In this document: positions 8,550-18,386 of the stretch, one piece after another
Layout of the letters: each line of letters starts with the position of its first letter
Position numbering within the stretch: the first letter of the stretch is position 1
Assembly (NCBI GenBank): GCA_035403525.1
Contig: DAONFE010000004.1
Span: 5,698 to 69,697 of the forward strand
Origin: Candidatus Cryosericum sp.
GTDB taxonomy: Bacteria > Caldisericota > Caldisericia > Cryosericales > Cryosericaceae
Length of the DNA stretch: 64,000 bases
Reading direction: 5' to 3'
Position numbers and translations under genes: made by a program
The notes under the pieces: generated by a model
What the model saw: the letters and a program-made list of their open reading frames with translations, nothing else
Databases searched by the model: none
Told to the model about the DNA's origin: nothing

Positions 8550-9904
8550 GTAAGGGTTCCCTTCAGGTCATACGGTCCAGTCTCAGCAATCTGGACTTTG
8601 ACAATCTGACCCGGCTCCGGCAGCGGCCTGTCTCCATGAGCACGCACGTGTACGACGTTATCGACATCAGGGGCATCCAGGAGGGTACGCCCTGTGACGT
8701 TTGAGCCTGCAACCTCATCAACAAGCACGTCGATGTCTTTATGAAGATAGCGCCGCTCGTTGACCGCGAGGGAGACCCTCTGCTGCATCGCCATGAACTC
8801 GTGCAGCCTGCGGGCTTTTGTCGACGGATGCACCTGGTCAGGGTACCGCGAGGAAGGCGCCAGATCTTCCCGTGAGTAGGCAAACGCGGCCGCATGGTCA
8901 AGCTGAAGGGCTTCCACGTCAGCCAGCAGCTGCCGGAACTGAGCCTCCGTCTCTCCAGGGAACCCAACGATGAAGGTACTACGAATTGCGGCATCTGGAA
9001 TGATGTGCCGGACACGCGCGACGACTCTGCCCGCAGAACCCGGCGCCCACGGCCGGCCCATGGCTTTGAGGACGGAAGGGTCTGTATGCTGCAGAGGAAT
9101 GTCCACGTAGTGTGCAATATGCTGTGAACTGGCTACCGTTTCCAACAACTCCCGGTCAACGAGCGTAGGGTAGAGATACAGGACGCGTATCAACCTGACG
9201 CCCGGCAGGCGGTCCATGTTGCGCAGCAACTGCACAAGCTGTGGGCGATGGTCAGGCGAGAAATCCATCCCATAGGCACTTGTGTTCTGCGATACCAGGA
9301 TGAGCTCGCGAGCGCCAGCCTCGACAAGCTGTGCAGCCTCTTGCAGGACCACGTCCGGGGACCTGCTGACGAGGCGACCCTTGATCCTCGGAATGGTGCA
9401 GTACGTGCAACGCTGTGAGCACCCGTCTGCAATCTTCAGATACGCGTACCCGCCCGACGTACTGACCAGCCGGGGCGCAGCAAACTGACGCATCGCGGTT
9501 GCTGAGACTGAGGTATGCGGCGGCTGACTTCCACCCTCGTGAAGCAGCGACGCCCAGAAGTCGGCCTGGTACAGCGCATCGACTCCCATGACAGCGGACA
9601 ACCCCCGGTGCCGTCGCTCAAGTTCACTCTTCCACAACTCTGGATAACAGCCTACCACAACGATGCGAAGACCCTTCCCTCTCCGCTGAATGGTCTCCAG
9701 CTGATCCAGCGTCTCTTCAGCCTCAACCCGGGCTGCCTCCAGGAATCCACAGGTATTCACGACGACGACATCCGCGTCCTGCGGGTCCGAGCAGACGACC
9801 GCCTCCGGGTTCGCAGCAACAATCTGCCCAAGGATGGCCTCGCTGTCCGCAAGGTTCTTGGCACAGCCGAGGCTGATCATGCACACGCGTGGCTTATGGC
9901 GCAT
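8546..9904 (-). CDS. rimO: Ribosomal protein S12 methylthiotransferase
   Basis: SLGCAKNLADSE, VNTCGF, AYLKIADGCSQRCTYC radical-SAM motif, GRT..DAPDVD, TRAM-like tail. Confidence 0.93.
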   Translation of the reverse strand: MRHKPRVCMISLGCAKNLADSEAILGQIVAANPEAVVCSDPQDADVVVVNTCGFLEAARVEAEETLDQLETIQRRGKGLRIVVVGCYPELWKSELERRHRGLSAVMGVDALYQADFWASLLHEGGSQPPHTSVSATAMRQFAAPRLVSTSGGYAYLKIADGCSQRCTYCTIPRIKGRLVSRSPDVVLQEAAQLVEAGARELILVSQNTSAYGMDFSPDHRPQLVQLLRNMDRLPGVRLIRVLYLYPTLVDRELLETVASSQHIAHYVDIPLQHTDPSVLKAMGRPWAPGSAGRVVARVRHIIPDAAIRSTFIVGFPGETEAQFRQLLADVEALQLDHAAAFAYSREDLAPSSRYPDQVHPSTKARRLHEFMAMQQRVSLAVNERRYLHKDIDVLVDEVAGSNVTGRTLLDAPDVDNVVHVRAHGDRPLPEPGQIVKVQIAETGPYDLKGTLT

Positions 9905-10688
9905 GCGGTGACCCGTATTCGAGTGTAACGACGGTTTTGTCCGGCGAGGCAACTCCTTTGTCCACTCCGTCTATCGTAACGTTCGTGTACATGGCATTGC
10001 CAAAATCGACAACGATGTACCTTCCGGACACCTGCGTGCTGGCGCCGGGACTGAGGACGCCCGAGAACACTACTCTGCCGTCAGCCGTAATTTCGACCCA
10101 GGCACGTCGTGTCGTCGCAGTGAGTTCAAGGGTCAGTATTCCGTTAGTGGACGGCTCAGTCGGTTCTGTAGGGGTAGAGGGCGAACCCGGAGTCGTCGTA
10201 CCATCGCCCTGTGAAGGGCTACCAATAGACGGAGAGCCGGGCTCCGAGACCGATGGGGTCGAAGCACCATCGCTCGGACCTGCCGGTGTTGTACGTCCGC
10301 GCCCTGCGAGCAGCACGGTCGCGACGACAAGCGCAATAATGACAATCGCCACGAGCGACATGACGCTTCGCTTCCTGCGATAGACGGGGACCGACGCGCC
10401 GCTGCGTCGAGACTTGGGAGCAGAGCCTGCATCGTCATGCTGCGTCGCCGGGTGCTCGCTCGCAACGCCAGAGAAACCGCTGACCACCTCGTCGCCATCC
10501 AGACCAAGATACTCGGCATATCTGCGGGCGTAGGACTTGAAGAACCCATCGAAAACATCGGGCCCTCCAGCTTCAAGCGACTCCAGCACCGACTTGCGCA
10601 GCAGCGTTTCACGAGAAGCCTCATCGAGAGAGAGCCCCAGCTCTGCCCGTCTTGCTCGTAAGGCTGCAGCCGCCGTCTCCCGATTCAT
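9894..10688 (-). CDS. RodZ-like HTH/TM/DUF4115 membrane protein
   Basis: N-terminal HTH (LRARRAELGLSL...YARRYAEYLGLD), single TM, Pro/Ser/Thr linker, WVEITADG C-domain. Confidence 0.8.
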   Translation of the reverse strand: MNRETAAAALRARRAELGLSLDEASRETLLRKSVLESLEAGGPDVFDGFFKSYARRYAEYLGLDGDEVVSGFSGVASEHPATQHDDAGSAPKSRRSGASVPVYRRKRSVMSLVAIVIIALVVATVLLAGRGRTTPAGPSDGASTPSVSEPGSPSIGSPSQGDGTTTPGSPSTPTEPTEPSTNGILTLELTATTRRAWVEITADGRVVFSGVLSPGASTQVSGRYIVVDFGNAMYTNVTIDGVDKGVASPDKTVVTLEYGSPHAP

Positions 10689-10693
10689 TGCAC

Positions 10694-13057
10694 TCAGTCT
10701 CCCGGGCGTGCCCCGCGTTGCGGCGATTCGTCAGGAAGAAGCGCTTTCTCAAGCACCTGACCGATGTCGCTCACAAACGTGAATTCAAGTTTCTGGGCGA
10801 TGTCCGTAGAAATCTTGGTTGTATCGCGTCGATTATCCTCTGGCAGGATCAGTTTCCGGATACCTGCCCGATAGGCCCCAAGAACCTTTGCCTTGATACC
10901 GCCGACCGGGAGTACTTGACCACGCAAGGTGATTTCCCCCGTCATAGCCACGTCCGAGCGCACCTTGCGACCTGTCAGCGCGGACACCATGGCCGTCGCC
11001 ATCGTGACGCCGGCAGAGGGTCCTTCCTTGGGTACCGCGCCCTCTGGCACATGCACGTGGAGGTCTGTCTTGTCAATAAAGTGCGGATCAAGCCCCAGCT
11101 CGACAGCGTGCGCACGTATGTAACTCAGGGCTGCCTGTGCGGACTCCTTCATGACGTCGCCCAGCTGTCCTGTCAGTTGCAGGTTTCCCTTGCCGTCCAT
11201 GCGGATTGACTCCACATAGACGGTATCGCCGCCGTACTGCGTAACAACCAGCCCGCAGGCAACGCCAACACGCGGCTCCTTGATCAGACTCGTGTGTGAG
11301 TACGGCGCCAGGTCCAGATAGTCCTCAAGGTCGTCCGCATGTACCGTGACACCTGAGAACGACTTCTTCTTCTCAACCTTCAGCCTCGCCACCTTCCTGC
11401 AGATGCGAACAAGAGCTCGTTCCAGGCCACGCACGCCTGCTTCCCGCGTGTACTGCTGGATAACCTTGAGCAAGGCCTCATCGTCAATCGAAAGGTCCGC
11501 CTCTCGCAGTCCATGCTGCTGCAGCGCCTTGGGAAGAAGAAAGTGTCTTCCTATCTGCTGCTTCTCTTCATCGGTATATCCCGGCAGCGAAATGACCTCC
11601 ATACGGTCCAGCAAGGCCGAGGGTATCGTGTCGGATACATTGGCTGTCGTCAGAAACAGAACCTCCGACAGGTCAAAGGGAATCTCAATATAGTGGTCGC
11701 TGAACTGTGTATTCTGCTCCGGGTCCAAGGCCTCGAGAAGAGCGGCAGTCGGGTCGCCCCGGAAGTCGGCGCCTACCTTGTCTATCTCGTCGAGGAGGAA
11801 TACGGGATTCTTGGTCCCCGCCTGCTTGATGCCCTGGATGATGCGCCCTGGCATTGCACCCACATAGGTGCGCCGGTGCCCACGCACCTCCGCCTCATCC
11901 CTGATGCCGCCAAGCGACACGTGGACAAACTTGCGGCCCAGTGTTTCGGCAATGGACTTTCCGAGAGATGTCTTGCCGACACCTGGAGGACCAACAAAGC
12001 AGAGAATCGGACCCTTGGCCTTGTCGGACAGCTTGCGCACAGCCAGATACTCAAGAATCCGGTCCTTGATTTCCTCGAGTCCATAATGGTCCTTGTCAAG
12101 AACCCTGCGCGCTCTGCGCAGGTCAATCCTGTCCTCCGTCCTGACTTCCCATGGCAACCCCATCAGCCAGTCGAGATAGGTACGGATGACGGAACTTTCG
12201 GGACTCATGGCAGGCGTTTTCGCCAGACGGGCCAGCTCCTCGTCGATTTTGTCACGGACATAGGTGGGGGCGGCAAACTTCTCCAGCTTCTGCCGGTATT
12301 CGCCAACCTCGCCCGCCTCTTCGCCCTCCTCGCCAAGCTCCTTCTCGATCGCTCGAACCTGCTCGCGCAGATAGTACTCGCGCTGGGACTGATCAACCTT
12401 GGCCTTGACATCGTTTTCGATCTTGCGGGCCAGCTCGAGCACATAGATTTCCTTCGCAAGAAGCTCTGCTATCCGGTGCAGGCGCTCCTCTGCGTCGAGC
12501 GTCGCCAGCAGCATCTGCCGGTCTTCTGCTGACAACAGGAGGCTGCTCGCCACCAGGTCCGCAAACCTGTCCGGCTCGGTGACACCCGTAACATTATTGA
12601 CAGCCTCGGGTGGCAGCTTCTTGGACAGCTCCACGTACTGCGAAAACTGGTCAAGGACCACGCGCATCAGTGCTTCCCGTTCTGTGGACGTCTTCTCGTC
12701 AATGGGAAGACTCTCGACGCTGGCAGTCAGCATGTCATTCTCTGAACGCACTGCCTGTATGCGAACGCGGCGCTGGCCTTCGACGAGCACACGGTCGCTG
12801 CCATCCGGCAGCTTGAGCAGCTGCAGTATCTCCGCACCAACGCCGATTTCATAGAGGTCGTCGAGACCGGGGTCCTCGTTGGACTCATCCTTCTGGCACA
12901 CGAGAACAATCTTGCGATTTCCCGAAAGTGCTGCCTCGATGCTCTTCAGCGACTTCGGCCTTCCTACAAAGAGGGGAAGGACATGATATGGAAACACCAC
13001 CACATTCCGAAGAGGAATGAGGGGTGCCTCAGTCAATTCCCAATCCTGATCACTCAT
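10694..13057 (-). CDS. lon: ATP-dependent protease La
   Basis: [33 protein letters not shown], catalytic PKEGPSAG. Confidence 0.98.
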   Translation of the reverse strand: MSDQDWELTEAPLIPLRNVVVFPYHVLPLFVGRPKSLKSIEAALSGNRKIVLVCQKDESNEDPGLDDLYEIGVGAEILQLLKLPDGSDRVLVEGQRRVRIQAVRSENDMLTASVESLPIDEKTSTEREALMRVVLDQFSQYVELSKKLPPEAVNNVTGVTEPDRFADLVASSLLLSAEDRQMLLATLDAEERLHRIAELLAKEIYVLELARKIENDVKAKVDQSQREYYLREQVRAIEKELGEEGEEAGEVGEYRQKLEKFAAPTYVRDKIDEELARLAKTPAMSPESSVIRTYLDWLMGLPWEVRTEDRIDLRRARRVLDKDHYGLEEIKDRILEYLAVRKLSDKAKGPILCFVGPPGVGKTSLGKSIAETLGRKFVHVSLGGIRDEAEVRGHRRTYVGAMPGRIIQGIKQAGTKNPVFLLDEIDKVGADFRGDPTAALLEALDPEQNTQFSDHYIEIPFDLSEVLFLTTANVSDTIPSALLDRMEVISLPGYTDEEKQQIGRHFLLPKALQQHGLREADLSIDDEALLKVIQQYTREAGVRGLERALVRICRKVARLKVEKKKSFSGVTVHADDLEDYLDLAPYSHTSLIKEPRVGVACGLVVTQYGGDTVYVESIRMDGKGNLQLTGQLGDVMKESAQAALSYIRAHAVELGLDPHFIDKTDLHVHVPEGAVPKEGPSAGVTMATAMVSALTGRKVRSDVAMTGEITLRGQVLPVGGIKAKVLGAYRAGIRKLILPEDNRRDTTKISTDIAQKLEFTFVSDIGQVLEKALLPDESPQRGARPGD

Positions 13058-13075
13058 GACAGTTATTCACTCCTA

Positions 13076-14317
13076 TCAGGCGGATTCCGGAAGTGGAATT
13101 CGCTCAGTCGTTCCATCGTTCCTGGTAGCCATGAACTCCTTTCGTGGTGAGAAGAACTCGGCTCCAACCGTTACCTCAGCAATGCCCGCAAAGGATGGCA
13201 GCTCAAACATCAGGTCAACCATCGGCTGGTCAATAGCCGACCTCAACCCGCGCGCGCCCATGCCCATTTTTCCGGCCTTCTCGGCGATGCTCTCAATGGC
13301 ATCGTCGGTGAATTGAAGCTGAATGCCGTCCATGGAGAACAGTTCCTGGTACTGCTGGACGATGGAGTTCTTCGGTTCGACCAGGACCCGCTTGAGATCC
13401 TGTGTCGACAACTCATTCAACTCCAGTCTCAACGGAAACCTTCCAACCAGTTCCGGCAACATGCCGAATTTGACAAAGTCGCTGCTTAACAGTTTCCTGT
13501 CATCACTCTGGCGATCGTGCCGCACAAACCCCACCTCGCGCGGAGCCGTCCGCTGCGCACGAATTCCATCGAGCCCCTCGAACGTACCTCCGGCGATGAA
13601 CAGCACGTCTCGCGTGTTGAACTTGATGGTTTCCTGCAGAGGGTGCTTGCGCCCGCCCTGAGGGGGAACACTTGCAACAGTTCCCTCCACGATCTTCAGG
13701 AGCGCCTGCTGGACTCCTTCGCCACTTACGTCGCGGGTTATGGATGGATTCTCAGACTTGCGTCCGATCTTATCGATCTCGTCGAGGTATACGATGCCGC
13801 ATTCTGCGCGAGCCACATCGAAGTCAGTGGCCTGCAGCAACCCGAGAAGTATGTTTTCGACGTCTTCTCCAACATAGCCTGCCTCTGTAAGCGTCGTAGC
13901 ATCGGCGATGGTGAATGGCACGTCCAGAATGTGAGCAAGCGTCCTCGCAAGGTGCGTCTTGCCAACGCCGGTCGGGCCTGCGAGAAGAATGTTGGACTTC
14001 TCTATCTCGACCTTAGGTGACCGACTTCGAGCAGAAAGGCGCTTGTAGTGATTGTATGCTCCAACTGCAAGTGCCTTTTTGACCTCATTCTGGCCAATGA
14101 CGTAGGCGTCGAGCTGTGCGTAGATTTCTTTGGGGCTCAGCGGGCGAAATCCAGTCCACGGCTCGTTCCCCTTCGATTCACGCACGAGCTCTCGTCCTCT
14201 CTCGATACACTCATCGCAGATGTATGACCCGTCCAGTCCTTTGGCGAGGAGTTGAACTTCGCTCGACTTCTTGCCGCAGAATGAACAGGATGGCTCGTCA
14301 CTATTGCGGTTGGCCAT
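13076..14317 (-). CDS. clpX: Clp protease ATP-binding subunit ClpX
   Basis: CSFCG...ICDEC zinc finger, [39 protein letters not shown]. Confidence 0.98.
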   Translation of the reverse strand: MANRNSDEPSCSFCGKKSSEVQLLAKGLDGSYICDECIERGRELVRESKGNEPWTGFRPLSPKEIYAQLDAYVIGQNEVKKALAVGAYNHYKRLSARSRSPKVEIEKSNILLAGPTGVGKTHLARTLAHILDVPFTIADATTLTEAGYVGEDVENILLGLLQATDFDVARAECGIVYLDEIDKIGRKSENPSITRDVSGEGVQQALLKIVEGTVASVPPQGGRKHPLQETIKFNTRDVLFIAGGTFEGLDGIRAQRTAPREVGFVRHDRQSDDRKLLSSDFVKFGMLPELVGRFPLRLELNELSTQDLKRVLVEPKNSIVQQYQELFSMDGIQLQFTDDAIESIAEKAGKMGMGARGLRSAIDQPMVDLMFELPSFAGIAEVTVGAEFFSPRKEFMATRNDGTTERIPLPESA

Positions 14318-14930
14318 TCCTGTCAGGGGCCTCGACTTCACCGGTGACGCCAATCTTGGAGATGACCTGATCCACAATGCCGTAGTCCATGGCCTCGGTC
14401 GCAGACATGAAGAAGTCCCGCTCCGTGTCCCGCCGGACAACGTCAAATGGTTTCCCGGTATGAGAAGCCAGGATATGGTTCACCGACTCTTTGATCCGCA
14501 GGATTTCCTTGGCCTGTATCTCGATGTCCGTCGCCTGACCCTGAGCACCACCCCAGGGCTGGTGAATCATGATGCGCGAATTGGGCAGCGCAAAACGCTT
14601 GCCCTTGCGGCCTGCGGCAAGGAGAACGGCGGCAAGACTGGCGGCCTGTCCGAGGCAGATCGTCGACACTGGTGCATTAATGTACTGCATGGTGTCGTAG
14701 ATAGCCATACCAGGCGTGACCTCGCCCCCGACGCTGTTAATGTACAGATAGATGTCCTTGCTCGCGTTCTCGGCAGTAAGGTAGAGCATTTCGGCAACAA
14801 CGAGGTTAGACACCTGGGTGTCGATCTCGCCGCCAAGGAAGACAATCCTATCCTTCAGAAGCCGGGAGTAGATATCATACCCCCGCTCCCCGTGTACTGT
14901 CTGTTCAACAACATATGGAATAACGCTCAT
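14301..14930 (-). CDS. clpP: Clp protease proteolytic subunit
   Basis: [18 protein letters not shown] (catalytic Ser), [14 protein letters not shown]; SD GGAGG. Confidence 0.98.
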   Translation of the reverse strand: MSVIPYVVEQTVHGERGYDIYSRLLKDRIVFLGGEIDTQVSNLVVAEMLYLTAENASKDIYLYINSVGGEVTPGMAIYDTMQYINAPVSTICLGQAASLAAVLLAAGRKGKRFALPNSRIMIHQPWGGAQGQATDIEIQAKEILRIKESVNHILASHTGKPFDVVRRDTERDFFMSATEAMDYGIVDQVISKIGVTGEVEAPDRNGQPQ

Positions 14931-16207
14931 GGTTCCTCCTGTGCAGTCTTCGCAGCTGTTTTCACGGCTACACTGTCGACAATCAGGTCGCGTGTCTTCT
15001 CCCACACTATCACGTTCCCGGCGGTCTTCCGACCTGCCTCGGTCGAAGTGTCGATACCAGCCTTGGTCAATTCGTCGGCGTGTTCGCCGACATACTCATC
15101 AATAACGGCGTCGTCGGCCACAATTCCGCAGGCCCGCTCAGTTGCCTCCATCAGAAGGTCTCTCTGCAAAGCCTTGACGGCATCAGCCTCCACGTCCTTC
15201 ATCAACTGTTCCATTGCGATATTATTGTACTTCAGATACTCGTTGAGAGAAAGACCATTGCGTGCGAGACTCTCCTTGATTTCGCCCAGGCGCTGTTCCG
15301 TAGCGTCGCGACGAACGTAACCAGGAAAGTCGATAGCAAGCTTCTCTGCAGCCGTATCGACGGCGCGAGTGAACAGTGCATCCTTGCGAGCTTCCTCAGC
15401 CTTGCGGCGTTCATCGTCTTCAAGCGTTTTCCGGAGCTCCTCGAGATTCTCAAAAGCGCCGACGCTGCGCGCAAAGTTGTCGTCCACCGGGGGAATGTGC
15501 TTCTCGGCCACGCTCTCGAGGGTAATTTCACCTTCCATCGAGCTCCCTGAGAGTTGAACGCTGAAGTGTCTCGTTTCGCCCGGCATCATTCCCACAAGAT
15601 ACGGCTCGTACGCTTTCCCGACCTCGCCCTCGCCTACGGTCAACTCAGTGTGATAGGGATTGGTAGCTTTCTCTGTCTTAATGGTAACGGCGACAGCGTC
15701 CCCTTTCTCGGCAGGCCCTTCCTTTGGAGATGTTTCGGTCAATGCCTCGACCAGCGCGCTGATGCGACGCTCGACTGATTTCGTCACATCAACCGGTTCA
15801 TCCTCGACCTCGATACTCTTCCAGAAAGTCTGGTCTGTCCTGGAAAGCTCAAATACCCGGACCTGGAGTTTCAGCTCGTCGTTCAGCTCTTCGCCGACAG
15901 TGGAGTCGACAATCTCTGGCTCGAAAATGAGGGCATCGGCGTCACTCTGCTCTTTGAGGAAAGCCAGGTAGGCCTGGGAAGCGGCTTTCTGAACGACCTC
16001 GTCTTTGAGATCCTGATTGCTCACGTACTTGGCAACCATGCCAAGCGGAGCCTTGCCGGGACGGAATCCAGGAACGTGGAGGCTCCGGGCCTTTGCCTGC
16101 AGGGCCTGCTGGCGAAGCGCTGCAGTCTCCTCGGGAGTGAACGTCGCAGATATGACAGTTGAATTTCCAATCTTTGTTGCCGCGGTATATTCCACAATCT
16201 CCTCCAT
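14927..16207 (-). CDS. tig: Trigger factor (divergent; alternative GTG start at 16195)
   Basis: [10 protein letters not shown] signature; directly upstream of clpP-clpX-lon. Confidence 0.9.
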   Translation of the reverse strand: MEEIVEYTAATKIGNSTVISATFTPEETAALRQQALQAKARSLHVPGFRPGKAPLGMVAKYVSNQDLKDEVVQKAASQAYLAFLKEQSDADALIFEPEIVDSTVGEELNDELKLQVRVFELSRTDQTFWKSIEVEDEPVDVTKSVERRISALVEALTETSPKEGPAEKGDAVAVTIKTEKATNPYHTELTVGEGEVGKAYEPYLVGMMPGETRHFSVQLSGSSMEGEITLESVAEKHIPPVDDNFARSVGAFENLEELRKTLEDDERRKAEEARKDALFTRAVDTAAEKLAIDFPGYVRRDATEQRLGEIKESLARNGLSLNEYLKYNNIAMEQLMKDVEADAVKALQRDLLMEATERACGIVADDAVIDEYVGEHADELTKAGIDTSTEAGRKTAGNVIVWEKTRDLIVDSVAVKTAAKTAQEEP

Positions 16208-16209
16208 AT

Positions 16210-16294
16210 TGGTGCGAAGGGCGGGAGTTGAACCCGCATGGAATTACCCACTGGATCCTAGGTCCAGCGCGTCTGCCAGTTCCGCCACCCTCGC
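16210..16294 (-). tRNA. tRNA-Leu(TAG)
   Basis: GCGAGGG acceptor stem, anticodon arm CTGGA-CC TAG GA-TCCAG, long variable arm, GGTTCAA, encoded CCA. Confidence 0.96.
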
Positions 16295-16344
16295 TGAATA
16301 CTTGCTGACACACATCGCAGGGAACTGAATCTTCGGGCAAGTGG

Positions 16345-16420
16345 TGGTGGGTCGTACAGGACTTGAACCTGTAACCGCCTGATTAAGAGTCAGATGCTCT
16401 ACCAATTGAGCTAACGACCC
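16345..16420 (-). tRNA. tRNA-Lys(CTT)
   Basis: GGGTCGT acceptor stem, TCTGA-CT CTT AA-TCAGG, GGTTCAAGTCC, CCA. Confidence 0.96.
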
Positions 16421-16437
16421 ACAACTTGAACAGCACG

Positions 16438-16465
16438 ATTATACGAGTTTTCAGAGACGTGTCAA
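16438..16465 (-). promoter_or_regulatory. Consensus SigA promoter for tRNA-Lys-tRNA-Leu-tig-clpP-clpX-lon
   Basis: Perfect TTGACA (16465-16460), 16 bp, TATAAT (16443-16438), GC-rich discriminator CGTGCTG. Confidence 0.85.
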
Positions 16466-16502
16466 CCGCCCGCCGTTCATCCAGTCAGGGTGGCCGGCGC
16501 TC

Positions 16503-16579
16503 TGGCGCGCCCAGCAGGAGTCGAACCCGCAACCCGCGGATCCGAAGTCCGCAGCTCTATCCAGTTGAGCTATGGGCGC
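16503..16579 (-). tRNA. tRNA-Arg(TCG)
   Basis: GCGCCCA acceptor stem, GCGGA-CT TCG GA-TCCGC, GGTTCGACTCC, CCA. Confidence 0.95.
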
Positions 16580-16596
16580 TCAATCGTACAACGTAC

Positions 16597-16673
16597 TGGT
16601 GCGCTTAGCAGGACTCGAACCTGCGGCCTACGGATTAGGAATCCATCGCTCTATCCGCCTGAGCTATAAGCGC
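16597..16673 (-). tRNA. tRNA-Arg(CCT)
   Basis: GCGCTTA acceptor stem, ATGGA-TT CCT AA-TCCGT, GGTTCGAGTCC, CCA. Confidence 0.95.
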
Positions 16674-16715
16674 GCATGACAGCCTGCCATAAAGTTTCCA
16701 GCCGCCAACAATTTC

Positions 16716-16793
<78 letters not shown>

Positions 16794-16802
16794 ATGTGTA
16801 CC

Positions 16803-16879
16803 TGGCGAGCCCAGCAGGATTTGAACCTGCGACCGACGGATTAGAAATCCGTTGCTCTATCCAGCTGAGCTATGGGCCC
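16803..16879 (-). tRNA. tRNA-Arg(TCT)
   Basis: GGGCCCA acceptor stem, ACGGA-TT TCT AA-TCCGT, GGTTCAAATCC, CCA. Confidence 0.96.
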
Positions 16880-16880
16880 A

Positions 16881-16957
16881 TGGTCGGGGCGAGTGGATTC
16901 GAACCACCGATCTCATGGTCCCAAACCATGCGCGTTACCAAGCTACGCCACACCCCG
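16881..16957 (-). tRNA. tRNA-Pro(TGG)
   Basis: CGGGGTG acceptor stem, CATGG-TT TGG GA-CCATG, GGTTCGAATCC, CCA. Confidence 0.96.
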
Positions 16958-16966
16958 AGCACCTAG

Positions 16967-16994
16967 AGAATACACGCAATCAGCCAGAAATCAA
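16967..16994 (-). promoter_or_regulatory. Putative SigA promoter for the tRNA-Pro/Arg/His/Arg/Arg cluster
   Basis: TTGATT (16994-16989), 16 bp, TATTCT (16972-16967), ending about 10 nt before the tRNA-Pro 5' end. Confidence 0.6.
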
Positions 16995-17599
16995 GAACGC
17001 AGGCTGACCTCCGACTCAAGGATAGACATAAGACTCGCGATCGCCCGGGACCGATGACTGATTCTGTCTTTCACTTCCGGCCCCATTTCGGCAAACGTGC
17101 TCGTGTATCCATCAGGGACAAACAGCGGGTCGTACCCGAACCCTGATGTTCCGCGAGGGTCAGGCCTTATGGTTCCATGCACGCTACCGTACGCGGACAC
17201 GCACTGAGGCACACCAGGAAGAAATGCAACTATCCAGCACACGAACCGGCCATGTACCAACGACGTCCCCTGGTCCAGAAGAAACCTGGACATGGCAGCC
17301 CGCTCTGAAAGCCCTGCATATGAGAAGCGGGCCGAATGTACCCCGGGCATGCGCCCGAACTCCTCTAGTTCCAAGCCTGAGTCATCTGCCAGGATGATGT
17401 CTGCACACACCCCTCGACACTGGTCGCGACGAACGCCGGCAAGGGCCTTTCGATAGGCGTTCTGGTAGTAGGTTGCACCGCACTCAACGACGCTGCCAGC
17501 CTCGAGCGGCTCGACCACCAGGTCACGTCCCAGAACTGCCAGAATGCTGCGAAACTCCTGCACCTTGTGTCTGTTGCCAGTGACAACCTTTAGTTTCAA
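16991..17599 (-). CDS. rdgB: Non-canonical purine NTP pyrophosphatase (RdgB/HAM1)
   Basis: VVTGNRHKVQEF, LADDSGL, PGVHSARF, GFGYDPLF, KDRISHRSRA. Confidence 0.94.
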   Translation of the reverse strand: MKLKVVTGNRHKVQEFRSILAVLGRDLVVEPLEAGSVVECGATYYQNAYRKALAGVRRDQCRGVCADIILADDSGLELEEFGRMPGVHSARFSYAGLSERAAMSRFLLDQGTSLVHGRFVCWIVAFLPGVPQCVSAYGSVHGTIRPDPRGTSGFGYDPLFVPDGYTSTFAEMGPEVKDRISHRSRAIASLMSILESEVSLRS

Positions 17600-18384
17600 A
17601 TATCGGCGACCTCGACGGAGCTGACGTAGTCGCCAAGAAACAGGCGAGCCTTGTCGAGAAAGTCGCCCGTATCGCCGGTCGTCAGGAATCTATCCGGATG
17701 ACCGGACACAGCCTTCAGCCGACACTTCTCGAGCACCAGCCCCACTTCGTAGGCAAGCTCCTTGCTGGGGTCGACGATCTTGACGGAAGGGCCAAGAATG
17801 CTCTCGATGAGTCGTGTAAGAAAGGGGAAGTGGGTGCATCCAAGGACAAGCGTGTCAGCACCGAACTCGTGAACTGGTTTCAAAACGTCCGAAGCGTAGT
17901 CCGTGACGTCACGACCATCAATCGTTCCGGCTTCTACGAGATTGACCAGCTCCTGGGACTGCAGTTCTATCATGTCTACGGTAGGGTCGAGGAGGCTCAT
18001 GGCGCGGAGATACCCGTGCCGGCGGGCAGTTCCCGGCGTGGACAGTACGGCTACCCTGTTATTGCGCGTTGCAAGTTGTGCGCTCTTGACACCAGCCGAT
18101 ATCATGCCGAGCACGGGCACGCTCACGCGCTGCTGAATGTCAGGAAAGATAGCGCTGGATGCCGTATTGCATGCAACGACCACAATGCGCGCCCCATGCT
18201 GCTGCAGGTAGTCAATGATTGCAGTCGCTCTTTCTATTACCTGCTCGCGGGGCTTTGTGCCGTACGGGAAGAACCGTGAGTCAGCAACGTACATGATTGC
18301 TTCTCGTGGAAGCCTGTTCTTCAACTCCCGTACAACCGCCAGTCCGCCAACCCCGGAATCGAACACGCCAACATATGAGTCCAT
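17596..18384 (-). CDS. murI: Glutamate racemase
   Basis: VFDSGVGGL, ACNTASS, LGCTHFP catalytic Cys motifs. Confidence 0.97.
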   Translation of the reverse strand: MDSYVGVFDSGVGGLAVVRELKNRLPREAIMYVADSRFFPYGTKPREQVIERATAIIDYLQQHGARIVVVACNTASSAIFPDIQQRVSVPVLGMISAGVKSAQLATRNNRVAVLSTPGTARRHGYLRAMSLLDPTVDMIELQSQELVNLVEAGTIDGRDVTDYASDVLKPVHEFGADTLVLGCTHFPFLTRLIESILGPSVKIVDPSKELAYEVGLVLEKCRLKAVSGHPDRFLTTGDTGDFLDKARLFLGDYVSSVEVADI

Positions 18385-18386
18385 GC

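Noticed and set aside
14271-15320. 349-aa antisense ORF over clpP/tig, and similar long antisense ORFs (11513-12532, 55152-56144, 59992-60924)
   Set aside because: Each lies fully opposite a well-supported housekeeping gene
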